Counted from the first letter of the stretch, positions 39,319 through 53,498 are shown. The stretch: DNA of 64,000 nucleotides from Octopus sinensis (GCF_006345805.1 NC_043005.1:55552001-55616000), one strand, 5' to 3'. The notes: generated from the sequence alone by a model not told the origin. Numbers and translations: made by a program.

Positions 39319-39510
39319 GATCAGTAGCCACTACACACATTTTTTTTCTCTCCTTGTTTCTCTCGTTGTTTTTTTTTTCTGTGTCCCTTTCTGTAGAAGA
39401 GGAAGGCTCGAAACGTAAAAGACTTTTTCTATTCCTGAGCGTTATACTAATACATCTGTTTGTTTTCTACACCACCTGTCTTCGTCTTTTGTTTTTTTAG
39501 TGAACTCTCC
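39315..39510 (+). mobile_element. Penelope pLTR-like repeat with variant minimal hammerhead
   Basis: CTTT-CTGTAGA-A-GAG GAAGG CTC-GAAA-CG-TA-AAAG at 39387-39421; related copies at ~41310-41420 (-) and ~49320-49425 (-). Confidence 0.55.
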
Positions 39511-41460
39511 CAATACATATATATACATTCACATTTATATTCTTTTACTTGTTTCGGTCTTTTGACTGCAGCCATGCTGATCCTCATCATCATGAACATT
39601 GCTTTTTATTTTAGCATTTACCTTTCCATGTTGCATGGGAAAGACAAAATTGGGACACATTTTCTAGAACCAGATGATCTTCCTGTATAAATTGTAGCAT
39701 AAGATCTGGTTGCCATTTCTGTCAATTTGTTCCTTATATTGAGCATTTTTATGACCTGCAAAGGTCATGACCACTGCCATTTCCTCCAAACTCAGTTGGT
39801 AAAAACAAAATATAATGCCTCGAAGAAGGAGTTGTGTTCCTGGTCTTCATAGTCCATCCAAGATCTGAGAGACTGATGCCTTCATTGATCATCTTGAACT
39901 ATTGCAAGTCAACTCCTACCATGTGTGAAAGACATGAGCAAGGAGTGAGTACCAGAGGGATGGCATTCATTGGAAGGAAGGAATGTGTCATGATTAGTAT
40001 GGGGCGGTGGTGGTGGTGAAAGGAGGAGGAGGGGGAGAGGAGGAGGAGGAGGAGGGAAGGACCATGCTGTGGATTTACTGATTGGGTCCTCAAACTCTCA
40101 TGTGTTAAGTGCCTTTCTCACTTATACTTGCACTTAGATTTGAATAGTCCAACTCACATCTACTTCTTGGTATGCTTTACTGAATGTTTCAACTGCTTTC
40201 AGCACTAAAATTTTGTATGAAATCAATATCTAGTACAGTATTGAACTCCTTTTATCCTTCAATGGAATATTTACGTATTTACTGTTCAGGTATTGGGAAT
40301 GTCTCACTTTCTCAAGTCATAGAGAACAGACAGATAAATGGTTAGACATAACATAACATAACATGTAAAAGTTATATTCACAAAGTACATCAACAAACAT
40401 TACTTACATCCTATCATCAAGTTTCAAGCAAATTCATGCTACAGTAATATTTTAAAGATTTTTAATACTGGACAATCTATATTTTCATCAAAATCTCTGG
40501 TTTCTATACAGAACTGCAAGATTTATGTAGAGGAAACATTGCAAGAATTTAAAAGTTAATGAATGGTCATGGCAGAACATTTGCGATTGGACACAACACA
40601 ACACTAGTGGCTAGACAACATAATCACAGCTTTTCAACTCTGAGAGGGACAGATTGTTGTTGACTTCAACATTGTAACACTACAACTTATCAGCATCATT
40701 GTTGGAGATACTGTCAGCAGCAACAGTGGTGACTACAGAAGCATTATCATCATCATCATCATCATGCTTACATTCATCATGTTAATGATCGTAAAGAGGA
40801 ATCATAGTAGCTAGCTAAATGGATGTTGCCAGCTCTCAGTCACACACATACCCCCACATTTTTTCTTACTTTCATACAAAACGTCTTGTCTTGTCTTTTT
40901 TTTTTTTACTTAATCAATTTGACGTTATTTCTCTTTACTCTTCATCACTGCATTACTTTCCCATCTTTTTTGTTTTAATTTAACTTATTTCTTTGTTGTT
41001 TTTTTTTCTTTTGTTTTTGCTTTTGGTTTCTTTTTCCATTTTTACTAGTTTCAGTCACTTGACTGAGACCATGCTGGGGCACCTCCTCGAAGGCTTTTTT
41101 CAACCAATTATACCGATACCAATACTTGCTTCAGTCTGATACTTACTGACTTGTTTTTATTGAATTACTAAGTTAACCATTTCACATACAGAGACACAAT
41201 TTGATGCACTGTCTTATACTAGTATAGACAAACATAACAACACAGACACACATGCGTGCACACACACACACACATATACATACATGTGTATGGCTCAAAT
41301 GTACAGAAAACAAAAGACAAAGACAGATGAGGGAACAACAAGCAAGTGTATTAGTTTGACGCTTGAGAAGAATGGAAAAGGTTTTGACATTTCAAGCCTA
41401 TGCTCTTTGACAGAAAGGATTGAGAGGTAAAAAAACAGAGCAGGGGAGAGAGGGAGATAG

Positions 41461-41491
<31 letters not shown>

Positions 41492-42481
41492 AAATGTTTA
41501 CATTGGTTTACATGGTTTACATTGATGAAATGATCAGAAGAAAGCGACCAAGTGAAGGGGAGATAATGCCAACCCAGCTGAACAGGCATGTGTAAGTGCA
41601 TGTAAGTATGTGAAAATGTTGTGTGTGAGTGTGTATGAGGGTGAGCATGTGAGTATGTATGTGTGGGCAAGGTTACACATGCAATTCACTTCAGCACAGT
41701 TTCCATGTAAGCAAATTCCACTCACAGTGCCTTGGGCAACCCAGGCTGTCATAGAAGACAATTTTCCCTGCCAAGTTGCAATACAACACAACCGTGAATT
41801 GAACCTAGAACAACAGGGTTTCGCAAACAACTTCTTAACCACAAAGTTAATGACTACACCAGTGCTTTGTCTTTGTCGCCTGCCCTTCCAACACTTTTCT
41901 TTCTTTTTTTTTTCTCCCACTCATTTTCCTCTGTGCTTCTTCATCCATTTCTTCTATGAATGACTGAATAAATGAATAAAAGAATGAAATCTAAAATAAA
42001 ATAAATAGCTGGAACAATGCTTTCCATTCTTTTCGAAAATGTGTCCTATAGTAACTTCTTCAAATGACTAAAACTAATATATCAAGTCAGGGGGAAAAAT
42101 GCTTTAAAGGGGGGGGAAGAACAATTATTTTTAAGGTGGCACTTGGGACTACAGATGCCATACTAATAGAAATGAAACTCAAGGCAAAAATACTTGATTT
42201 CAAATAAATTACAGTATTTTGCTTTTATCAATCTGGAAAATGCATTAGATACAGTGTTGTTCTGTTCGGTGTTCAGTGTCCAGTGTCCAGCAAAGTGAAC
42301 AACATGTCCATCCGCCCCCGCCCACATTCTCGCTCCTTCTGTCTCTCTTTCTACATGTCTGTATATGTGTGTAGGGGGGAGCATATATGCATGCATGTGT
42401 GTAGGTGTATCTGTGTATGTGGACACGTGAACAAGTGTGTTTGTATATGTGTGTGTGAATGATAAATTTCCACACACATGC

Positions 42482-42515
<34 letters not shown>

Positions 42516-42655
42516 GTGTGTGTATGTATGTATGTATGTATGTATGTATGTATGTATGTATGAATGTATGAATGTATATATGTTCGTATGTATATATACA
42601 CGCACATCAGATATACATATACATACATAATACATACATACATACATATGAATAC

Positions 42656-42698
<43 letters not shown>

Positions 42699-43022
42699 CA
42701 TATATATACATATGTGAATAAGGTTGTGGTATAGAAAGAGAAAGAGAACAAGAGAGAGAGAAAAAAAGAACAAGAGAAAGAGACAGACAGACAGACAGAC
42801 AGAGAATGAAAGAGAGAGAGTGAGAGAGAGAAAGAGAAAGAGAGTGAGTGATAAAAGTGAAAGTGTGGGAACAACTGACTCATAAAAACTGTCAAGTGTA
42901 TGTATGAAGATATTTGCAGTTAGGAGAGGAACAGAGGATCAATAATACATTTAGTATAGAACCTGATGCAAAAGTAGATGTCAACTAAAGCTTTTAACTG
43001 AGCCAATTTCACTAAAGTATGC

Positions 43023-43066
<44 letters not shown>

Positions 43067-43469
43067 GTAATAATAATAACACAAAAAGACTTGCAATAGG
43101 GAGGAAGGGTAAGTTATGTTTGAGAATTACAGTTTATAGAAATGAAATTTTTGTGTTTAGAGAATATTTTTAATTCTTTAATTTTTTTTTTTTTCCGTAT
43201 ACTAAAATGTTTATATGTTGGTTATGAATTAAGATTATCCTGTTAACTGATAATGATCTTGATATGTTCATTAGAGAAAGAGGAAACATTTGCTATAGTG
43301 TCATTATTGTTGTTTTTTGTTGTTTAGTTACAGGTCAGCAGTGATTGAGCTGGACTATGGTTCAAGACATCTCGTCCCTTCATCATTCGGGGTTTTTAAT
43401 CTTATTTTTTAATTTTTAATTTTTCATTTTAATTGTTATCATTATTATTATCCCCCCCCCCTTTTTCAA

Positions 43470-43635
43470 GTGCTGGTGTAGCTGTCTGGTTAAGGAATTT
43501 GCTTCCCAACCACATGGTTTTGAGTTCAGTCCTCCTGTGCAGCACCATGGAAAATAAATGTCTTCTATGCATAGTCATGGACAGATTGAAGCCTTGTGAA
43601 TTGATATGGTAGATGGAAACTGAAAGAAACCTGTC

Positions 43636-43637
<2 letters not shown>
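43470..43637 (+). mobile_element. SINE family A 5' half
   Basis: GCTTCCCAACCACATGGTTTTGAGTTCAGTCC. Confidence 0.75.
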
Positions 43638-43963
<326 letters not shown>

Positions 43964-44223
43964 TACTGCTATGGTTTTTGTTAGGTGGCATCGATTTTTA
44001 CATTTCTGTATATAATAATAATAATAGTATTTTATAAGCAACCACCATGTAATGACTAGGAAAACCTACTTTTTTTCCGTTGAGGGATTATATGCCCCAT
44101 CATTATTAGACTATGTTCTTTAGTATTTACATGGTGATATCTTATAAGCTTTAAGTTTATAAAATACTATATCATCATCATCATCGTTTAACGTCCGCTT
44201 TCCATGCTAGCATGGGTTGGACC

Positions 44224-44270
<47 letters not shown>

Positions 44271-44699
44271 CACATATATATATACATATATATACATATA
44301 TATGTATGTATATATATATTTATATATGTGTGTGCATGTGTGCTTGTGTGTGTAAGCATGTGTATGTTTGTATCTCCTTGTCTTGACATTGCATGATAGT
44401 TGTAAATGATTGTGACTGTCATATAAGTGGTGTTGTTCAATTCCAATATTTTAACTTTTTTTTTACAGTTCCCAACTATTAAATCCACTTCCAAGACTTT
44501 GGTCAGTCCAGGATTATAGTACAAAACAGATGTCCAAGGTACTGCAAAGAAGTGGGACTGAACCCATGATCATATGATTGGGAAGCAAGTTTCTTAATCA
44601 TACAGTCATGCTCGCACCTATTTGGTGAACATTCTTGCATAGGGCCATAATATTTCTAAAGAAAACAACAAAACCTAGAATCAGAGTCAACAAATTCTT

Positions 44700-44883
44700 A
44701 TTCAGTTCTATAATTAAGATATGAGGTATTATGTACATTATTTACATTATTTACATTTGACAAACATTTGTCTTCATCTTGTTCGTTGTTAACACAATGT
44801 TTTAACTGATATACCTTCCAGCCTTCATCAGGTGTCTTGGGGAAATTTCGAACCTGGGTTCTCATTCAATGTTGTTGTTGTTG

Positions 44884-44924
<41 letters not shown>

Positions 44925-44996
44925 ATCACTGCTTGGAATCAAACTCGGAATCTTGGGGGTTAGTAGGCCGCGCTCTTAACCACTACGCCATGGGCA
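44700..44996 (-). mobile_element. tRNA-headed SINE with internal (TAA/CAA)n and a degenerate hammerhead
   Basis: A box TGGCGTAGTGG, B box GAGTTTGATTCC, then ACAC-CTGATGA-A-GGCTG..CAGTT-AAAA-CA-TT-GTGT. Confidence 0.65.
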
Positions 44997-45024
44997 TATA
45001 TATATGTATGTATGTATTGGAGCC

Positions 45025-45055
<31 letters not shown>

Positions 45056-45160
45056 AGTGTGTGTGTGTGTGTGTGTGTGTATTTATGTATGTATTGGAGC
45101 CATTGATTTGGTGAACATCACATTCTGAAAAGTGATTAGAGGAGTAACTGAGTAGCTTAA

Positions 45161-45383
45161 ACCTTTCATCACCTTATTTGTGTTGAAATTCATAGTTTTT
45201 TTTTTATTTACTTTTGAAAATAACGAACAATTTAGTATAATAACTTTGTCATTATTAAGTGAGTGTTTGGAACATAAAGTACTATGAAATTTTAATGTAA
45301 GGTTTCAATTTAGATCACTTAAAAAGCATAAAGTTTGTATTGCTGGTCCAGGAGCAGTTTCAGGCAGGCTGGTATCAAAATGG
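45161..45383. mobile_element. piggyBac-like MITE
   Basis: TTAA on both flanks; imperfect TIRs ACCTTTCATCACC / GGTATCAAAATGG. Confidence 0.55.
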
Positions 45384-45458
45384 TTAAATTGACAGATTAT
45401 GGATTTGAAGCTTCCCTAGGCATGGTTACATATGTCATATTGATCATAGAACTGTTGG

Positions 45459-45615
45459 TTAATTCTGCTGAGGTCGACTTAGCTTTTCATCCTTTCGGTA
45501 TCGATAAATTAATTACCAGTTACACACTGGGGGTCGATGTAATCAACTTAATCTGTTTGTCTGTCCTTGTTTGTCCCCTCTGTGTTTAGCCCCTTGTGGG
45601 TAGTAAAGAAATAGG
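45459..45615 (+). mobile_element. SINE family B 3' part
   Basis: Similarity to 24390-24626. Confidence 0.8.
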
Positions 45616-47039
45616 TTAAAGACAGGATAAATTCTGTAAGGTGAAGAAGTGTATATTAGAAGCTACTTACCCAAAGTGGCGGACTGTGGAAATGAGTAAA
45701 ATAAATATATAAAAAAAAAAGAATAATATACATGCAGATTCTAACTACTTGTACTGCACATATGCTTCACATAGTACATGCAGTCATATGTGTAGTAGTA
45801 TTTTTGTTCATGTGTGTGCATGTTGTGTGTGTGTGGTTCTTGTAATGTGTGTGTTCTTGTTGAATCCCAGTTCAGCTTTGCAGAGCAGACCTATAGTCAA
45901 AGCCATTCCAGTATTGACCATCCTAATATTTTAAATATATATGACTAGATTGCTTTGTATGCCCTCTCTTTTTCATTTGCTCGAGGGTGTAGGGAATGTT
46001 TTGAGAACTTGGTTTCTATTTCTAGCATGTCAAAAGACTGTATAGAGGCCACTTCATTAGTTATTTAGAGTTCCGGGAATCTTTGAGATATAAAAATATT
46101 ATTATCAAACATTGTGAGTTTGAAACCTAGTTTACAGGCCTAGCTTGTGACTTTGAGTGTCAATCGCGTGATGGTTGTGAATCATTTCTTAATGAGCATT
46201 GTTGTAAGAATAAAGGTAATTGGATGGAGACATACTAATAGATTAAGTCTATTGGAATGAATGAGAGCTTTCCAAATGCTAGCAAAAACTTTACTCTCAA
46301 CTCTCACACCACCCTCTCTCTGTCGCTCTATCTTTCTAAGTATCTCCCACCTTTTTTTTGCCTCATATATTCTTCTATGCTACAGTCTTGATGTGCATAC
46401 AGCTATATCTTTGTTAAATAGCATTTTCCTGTAGAATAAAATTAATTTATGTTGTTGACATTTAATGGATGAAGGCGTTTCGATGAATAAGCCAAAGAGG
46501 GAGTCTGCACATGGTTACATGATCTCCTAGTAATAACAACCAGATCTGCCTCAAATTAAATTCTACTACAAGGACACATTAGGTATTGTTCTAGATATAT
46601 GTGTATGGGAAAATATATGCTTTTCTGAAGAGGTCTACTAAATTCACGATTTGTCTAGAGTTATCACCCTTACTTACTGAAATTATTGATTTCAAATTTT
46701 AGCACATGGCCAGCAAATTCAAGGGAGGCAATTAAATTAATTAAATTAATTAAGCCAATTAAATTGATTGCACTGCTCAACTGGTACTTATTTTATCGAT
46801 CCTGAAAGGATGAAAGGCAAAGTCAACCTTGGTGGAAATAATTACTGCATTTACTTGTTTGTAATATTCACTTCTACATAGTATGCATTCCTAATTATGG
46901 GCAATATAAGGCCAGAAAAATACATCTCATTTACAATGCACACAGACGTTTCTTTGGTATTTACTTCCCATTTACTGAGGCCATGCTGGGGCACTGCTTT
47001 TGCTTGCTTGCTGGCTTTCTGCCTGAAATTGTTTCTCAT

Positions 47040-47345
47040 GAAGTAGTGAGTTGGACAGAGTTGCTCTTCTTTGTACCTCCTACCAAGACATTGATTTATC
47101 TGGTATCTCAGATAAAAATTCATCCAAATGTTCTTTGAAAGCATCCTCATATACATTTTGCATGTCCCTGATAGGTCCTTATAGCCTAAGCTGTTACTGT
47201 ACTGGGCCATTACATTAAATATAGGGGACAAGATCTTTAGGACTGTCCAATGGTATAGTTTTCAATCCCAAAGTTGGGATCCAGACCTTCCAGAATCATC
47301 CATATTTATATCACTGCATACCTTTCATGTTTTCTCTCTCGAGTA
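47040..47345 (-). mobile_element. CR1-like LINE C-terminal fragment
   Basis: HERYAVI..IWMILEGLDPNFGIENY and DAFKEHLDEFLSEIPDK, across frameshifts. Confidence 0.75.
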
Positions 47346-48419
47346 GGTGTTGGGGAACTTTTTTAAACAATTACCCCAAAATCTCCCCTTGATTTGAAAG
47401 GAAGAAAATCATAGATTCTTTGAATTCAAAAGGTCTATTGAATCAATTTTATCGAATCTATTTATATGAATCTATTTACACATCCATTACATTGGACAGA
47501 TGCAGTGTTGTCAGAAGAAAAGTTTCTGTCATAACAAGGAACACATTTTTTTATGTAATGTTACTTATGTCTAATGAGTCCTCATTAGCTCCAAGAATTT
47601 CATTTTTACCCTACTTGGGGTAATTTACCCTTGTTTGTCAATCCCTGCTCTAGGGAATAGAGTCGACCTAGTTTATGTAGTGGCATTGGATTGCCTCGAC
47701 TTACTCTGTTCAGTGCTTTGCTATGGACACAGTTGGGAGCCGTAATCCAAGCAGATGAGAACAAATGCTCTCCATATGAGTAGCATAATATCTTTTAGTA
47801 TAGAAAAAAAACAAGCTTCGTTACACTTATAATATTTGCTGTTTAAAACACTTTGTCAAAAAAGTTCACAAATCTTAAGCAATTTCAAAAGTGACCTTTC
47901 CATTTTACCAATATAGGTCATAAAGTACACTTACCATATAAATCAACATTGTGAATATCACATGTTCATATTTTTTTCTAGAAAATCAATTTTATTTTGA
48001 TTATGATGTACTTAAGTTTATATTCAATTTTACTGTTGTCACAGGAGAACAAATGTTTGAGCATAGATATTTAAAAAAGAAAAAAAAAACCTTCTAACAT
48101 TTTTTTTTCATAGCACATTTTTTTTAATATTGTTTTGATTTTTATGTTTTGAACATCAGTCATTTCAGAATCTGGCAAGTATTTTTCTTAATCAAAAAAT
48201 AAAAAATTAATTATGCAATATGTATAATTTAATATAACGACAAAATAGTTTAATGAAATAAAATGAAATATTTTCTTTTTTATAAATTGTATAAATATAT
48301 TAAGTAATTATAGCATATTAAACAATAAATATAGTGTTAGTAAATATAATAGTACATCGTTGAAGTACAAATAAAAGTTTAAGAAGTATATACTTTCATG
48401 GTAGCAAATCTTTTCTTTT

Positions 48420-48660
48420 TTATCTCTTTCTTGTTTCAGTCATTGAACTGTGGCAATGCTGGGACATTGCCTTGAAGGGTTAGTCAAACAAATCAACCCC
48501 AGTACTTCTTTTTTAAGTCTGGTACTTATTTCATTTGTCTCTTTTGCTGACCCACTACGTTACTGAGATGTAAGCAAACCAACATGAGTTGTCATGCAGT
48601 AGGTGAACAAGCACAAACACAATCACACACACACACAAACACCACACACACACACACACG

Positions 48661-48702
<42 letters not shown>

Positions 48703-48845
48703 TTTGAAGGGCTTCTGCACAGTTTCCATATACAAAATTCACTCACAAGCAGAAGACACATACTCAAGGTGCCATGCAGTGGGACTGAACCTGAAATTAT
48801 GCGGTTGCAAAGTGAGTGTTTTAACCACACAGCCATTCCTGTACT
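48420..48845 (-). mobile_element. SINE family A
   Basis: Similarity to the other copies. Confidence 0.85.
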
Positions 48846-49697
48846 TATACATTATTAGGTCATTTGGCCGGTATGGACAAAACAACATATGCAACAGCAT
48901 ATGTTGTTTCTGTTTTAGATTTAGTAAACTTGAGTAACCCTGGCATAGAAACATACAACATCAACATCATCATTATCAACATCATCATCATCATCCTCAT
49001 TATTATTTTAATGTCCACCTTCCATGCTTTCATGTGTCAGACGGGGTTTAAGAAAGAAGATTTTTTTCTGTGCTTTGATACCCATCCAGTCACCAACCTT
49101 CACCTGTTTCAGAGCAAGCTAATATTTCCTCATGATTAGAAATGTTCTTGAAAAATACTAGAAATGAATGATATTGTTTGTATGATAGTAATAATCATGT
49201 ACATTTACCACACAATGGCAAGATAAAGAGACACACAAACATAGACACACATACACATACATATATACATACACATACACAAACACACACACATATATAT
49301 ATAAGGTTCAAATTATACAATAAACAAACAATGAAAGGCAGAAACAGGTGAGGGAACAAAGTGTATTTGTTTTACACTCTGGAAAACTGGAAGAGTCTTT
49401 GATGTTTCAAACCTATGTTCTTCTAAGGAGAGAAAATGGATAAAGGGAGGGGAAAAAATTATAATAAACAGAGAAAAAAAAAAACCTGCCTGGATGAATG
49501 GGTCTTTGAATCTCTGCTTCCAAATGCATTCACAAGGCTTTGGTCAGCTAGGAGCTATTGTAGAAGACACTTACCCAAAGTGCCACACAATGGGACTGAA
49601 CCCAGAACCATGTAGTTGGAAAGCAAATTTCTTAGCACATAGTCACACATGAACATTTGATATGTTATCAGTATCACAGAAGCATATAATGATATAA

Positions 49698-49905
49698 TGT
49701 GGCAAGCTAGCAGAAACGTCAGCACGCTGGGCAAAATGCTTAGCGGTATTTCATCTATCTTTACACTCTGAGTTCAAATTCCATCTAAGTCAACTTTGCT
49801 TTTCATTCTTTAAGGGTCGATAAATTAAGTACTAGTTGCGTCCTGGGGTCGATCTAATCGACTAGCCCCCTCCTCAAAAATTTCAGGCCTTGTGCCTAGT
49901 GTGCA
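49698..49905 (+). mobile_element. SINE family B
   Basis: GGCAAGCTAGCAGAAACGTCAGCACGC..GAGTTCAAATTCC. Confidence 0.85.
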
Positions 49906-50981
49906 AAATAATATTACAGTGATTTAAATTCTTTGTAATATATCAGAAAGCTTGAACAATAGTTATAACTTTTGCCATTCTTGTAATGACCAGATTTTTG
50001 GAACCAGGAAAACAGGTAACATTTAGTTCTCATGTATAATGCACACCCTAATTTTTAGGTTTAAAAATCTAATAAAAACAAAAAAAAAGCATGTATTATA
50101 CACATAATAAATACAATATTTCTAATTAGATATTTAATGCAAATTACATTAAATATTCTAACGCTAACTTAGCTTTTGTTTTCAATGCTGATGGTGTCTC
50201 TGAATAATTAATCTTAGTGATTGTTTTTCTAGATTCATTAGCCTGGAAAGAAGAGATGGTATAGCCATGGCTGGAATGCCTTTGATCATAGGACAGCTCA
50301 ATTAAGATTAACCTGAGACAAAACAACATCAATACTACCACTACCACTACCACCACCACTGCCACCACCACCACCAATAACAATGACAACTACTGTATTA
50401 CCATCAACATGTTTGTATGGGAGGTATGCTACTGTCAAAACATGGTACAAGTACAAAAGAATATAATGGTGCATGTGAGTGTGAAGTAGGGAAGGTGGTA
50501 GGGAGAATGATTCGAGGAAAATTAAATATTGGTGTATTTGTGCCATTGTTCCAACACAGTAATTGGAATTTAATGGGAGAATGACACTCTAAGCTTCCTG
50601 GTGCATTCTAGAAAATCTGATTTGAAATTTTCAGAAGAAAGCAAAAGTGCAGCCTACATCAACCAAAGTGAATTCCAGCTGTAACTGATTGGAACTATGA
50701 AGGTGTAAAGAATTTCACATGGTTGAATGCAAAGAGTTCAGATTATTTCCAAGAGTCAATTCGTTAAACCAGTTATTACATTGTTAGTGACTACATTTTG
50801 ATTTGATTCTTGCATTTCTAGTATTGTTACTTGTGGGAAGAAAAAACAACAAAACAAATTTGCCATCTAACAATCCATCCACTCATACTTGCATTCACAC
50901 ATATTTAATTACCTACTTATTGAATAGCAAATATAAACTAGCACCTGAAGATATTTAAATATATATGTAACATACACACAC

Positions 50982-51048
<67 letters not shown>

Positions 51049-51071
51049 CAGAGAGATAGATAGGTAGATAT

Positions 51072-51164
<93 letters not shown>

Positions 51165-51176
51165 CATAGATAGATA
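50982..51176. repeat. (GATA)n microsatellite (3' flank/tail of Tx1 element)
   Basis: Direct inspection. Confidence 0.95.
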
Positions 51177-52301
51177 TGTTTCTTTATTAGCCACACAGGG
51201 CTGCACACAGATAGAACAAATTACAAGGTAGAGCTTTTCTTTTGGAGGTAAAAAAAATAAAAATAAAATTAAAATAAAAAAAAGGGGGGGTCGATCAAAA
51301 GGGATCGTAAAAGGAGAGAAAGAGGACAAAAAAAAGGGTGGGTTAAAAAAAAAAGGGGGAGAGGAAAAAAATTGATCAATAGGGATCGTTATCACAGAAA
51401 TGTCAATATGAAGTGTAAAGGGGAAGTCACATGTTATATTTCTTTTTTTTTTTTTTTTTTTCCAAATAAGCAACTCTCTGTATTAATTTTTACGGTTCAT
51501 AGAATCATAGTCAAGGTGGCTTCGTCATTCATACGTGCCATCCTTGCTACATTCACCCATCTTTTTTTAAAACATTCACTAGACAAAACTTGCCTCTCTA
51601 CTCTCACTTTTTTCTTCAAGTGATACTTGAAGAAGTTGATGAGAGATTGACCAGAGAGGAAAGTGTTTGTCTCTAATCCTTTCAGACGCGTCCACCAGAT
51701 ACATTCTTTCGCCATAGCCACAAGTATGATAAAAATAGCTCTTCCTTCCCGTTTGAAGGAAGGAGGCGTGACGATATTAACGATAGACTCGGCTGATAAA
51801 CCGACATGTCCCACACGTGACAGCAGTCGTTCGACATAAGCCCACAGGTGGGAAATTGCTGGACACTGCACGATTGCGGGCAGAGCGACGAAACCGTGTT
51901 TCTCGAGCCATGCCTATAGAGCTTATCCCGAACGGGTAGCGCTTCTCGGTAGCACCGCCAGGCCAGGGATCTCTGGAAGTTGTCCATAGGTCCCGGGCCG
52001 AAAGTCGTTTGAAACAGGCGGGTCAGGTATTCCTCGTCGACGCCCAGGTTTGCCCCGAGCTCGTCGTCGTACCTCCCCTCCACTAATCCCCTATAGAATG
52101 CTTTGGTTGTGTTGAAGTCACTCAAGGTCGATACCGGGACGGCAGAGTTGCTTGAGAGCAACGCGACACTCGCGGTGCCATTCGCCCTTCTTCGGCCTCT
52201 TTTTGATCCACGACTGTAGTTCGGTCATGGAGACGAGTTGCGGGAATGCGTGCCTCACAAACGGCGACCACACCTGTTCACCGTCGTCTACATAGAGCCG
52301 G
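51177..52301 (-). mobile_element. Young 5'-truncated Tx1/L1-clade LINE (ORF2 C-terminus with zf-RVT-like domain, 3' UTR)
   Basis: TKAFYRGL..FQRSLAWRCYREALPVRDKL..VQCPAISHLW..AKECIWWTR..CFKKRW; stop at 51497; AATAAA at 51188-51183; GC/CpG-rich; two frame disruptions. Confidence 0.85.
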
Positions 52302-52550
<249 letters not shown>

Positions 52551-52551
52551 C

Positions 52552-52586
<35 letters not shown>

Positions 52587-52672
52587 AATGTTTGTATTTT
52601 TATGTTCAGTTATAATAAAAACAATTTTAGATTAATCTGATGGGTCACTATATGTTTGTAGAGTACAAATGT

Positions 52673-52809
52673 ATTATTTTTAAACAAGAATGTTGCTGAT
52701 AGTGACTTCAAAGTTTTGGCCAGCTGAGCCATCATTGAACTGTCCAACAATGGTTTAGCTAGCTGGAACTTTGAAGTCACTATCAGCAACATTCTTGTTT
52801 AAGAATAAT
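52673..52809. repeat. Foldback hairpin, ~65-bp arms
   Basis: TTAAACAAGAATGTTGCTGATAGTGACTTCAAAGTT / AACTTTGAAGTCACTATCAGCAACATTCTTGTTTAA. Confidence 0.9.
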
Positions 52810-52815
52810 GAATAG

Positions 52816-52848
<33 letters not shown>

Positions 52849-52851
<3 letters not shown>

Positions 52852-53021
52852 AATTAAGGGTATCAAAGAGGCAACACCATGCCAGAAATAGTATTTAAAA
52901 CTGACTATAGCATGACATCATGTATTCATATATAGCAGAGATGAATACGTGATGTGGTTCTATAGTCAGTATTGACTGCTATTTCTTTCATAGTGTTGCC
53001 TCTTTGGTATCCTTAATTATA
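52849..53021. repeat. Foldback hairpin, ~80-bp arms
   Basis: TAATTAAGGGTATCAAAGAGGCAACAC / GTGTTGCCTCTTTGGTATCCTTAATTA. Confidence 0.9.
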
Positions 53022-53145
53022 ATTATATTTATGTTATTATATATCTATAATAATTATTAAATATACAGAATTTTCCATGCAAGCCAGTTGATATGATCGT
53101 TATTATAAATAATATTTTTATCCTTTATATATATATATATATATA

Positions 53146-53360
53146 GGCATAGGAATGGCTGTGTGGTAAGTAGTTTGCTTACCAACCACATGGTTCTGGG
53201 TTCAGTCCCACTGCGTGGCATCTTGGGCAGATGTCTTCTACTATAGCCTCGGGCTAACCAAAGCATTGTGAGTGGAATTGGTAGATGGAAACTAAAAGAA
53301 GCCCATCGTATATATATGTGTATGTCTGTGTTTGTCCCGACTCCACCATTGCTTGACAAT
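53146..53360 (+). mobile_element. SINE family A 5' half
   Basis: GGAATGGCTGTGTGGTAAG..GGGTTCAGTCCCACTGCG. Confidence 0.85.
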
Positions 53361-53421
53361 GTGTATATATATATACACACATATATATACATGCATATAT
53401 ATATATATGCATGTATATATA

Positions 53422-53454
<33 letters not shown>

Positions 53455-53498
53455 GCATGTATATATATGTGTGTGTATATATATATATATATGTATAC

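Noticed and set aside
42312-42323. GC box CCGCCCCCGCCC as a promoter
   Set aside because: Isolated motif with no CpG island, exon or TSS evidence
52885-52920. SECIS-like element in foldback arms
   Set aside because: No proper AUGA/GA quartet with an 11-12-bp upper stem
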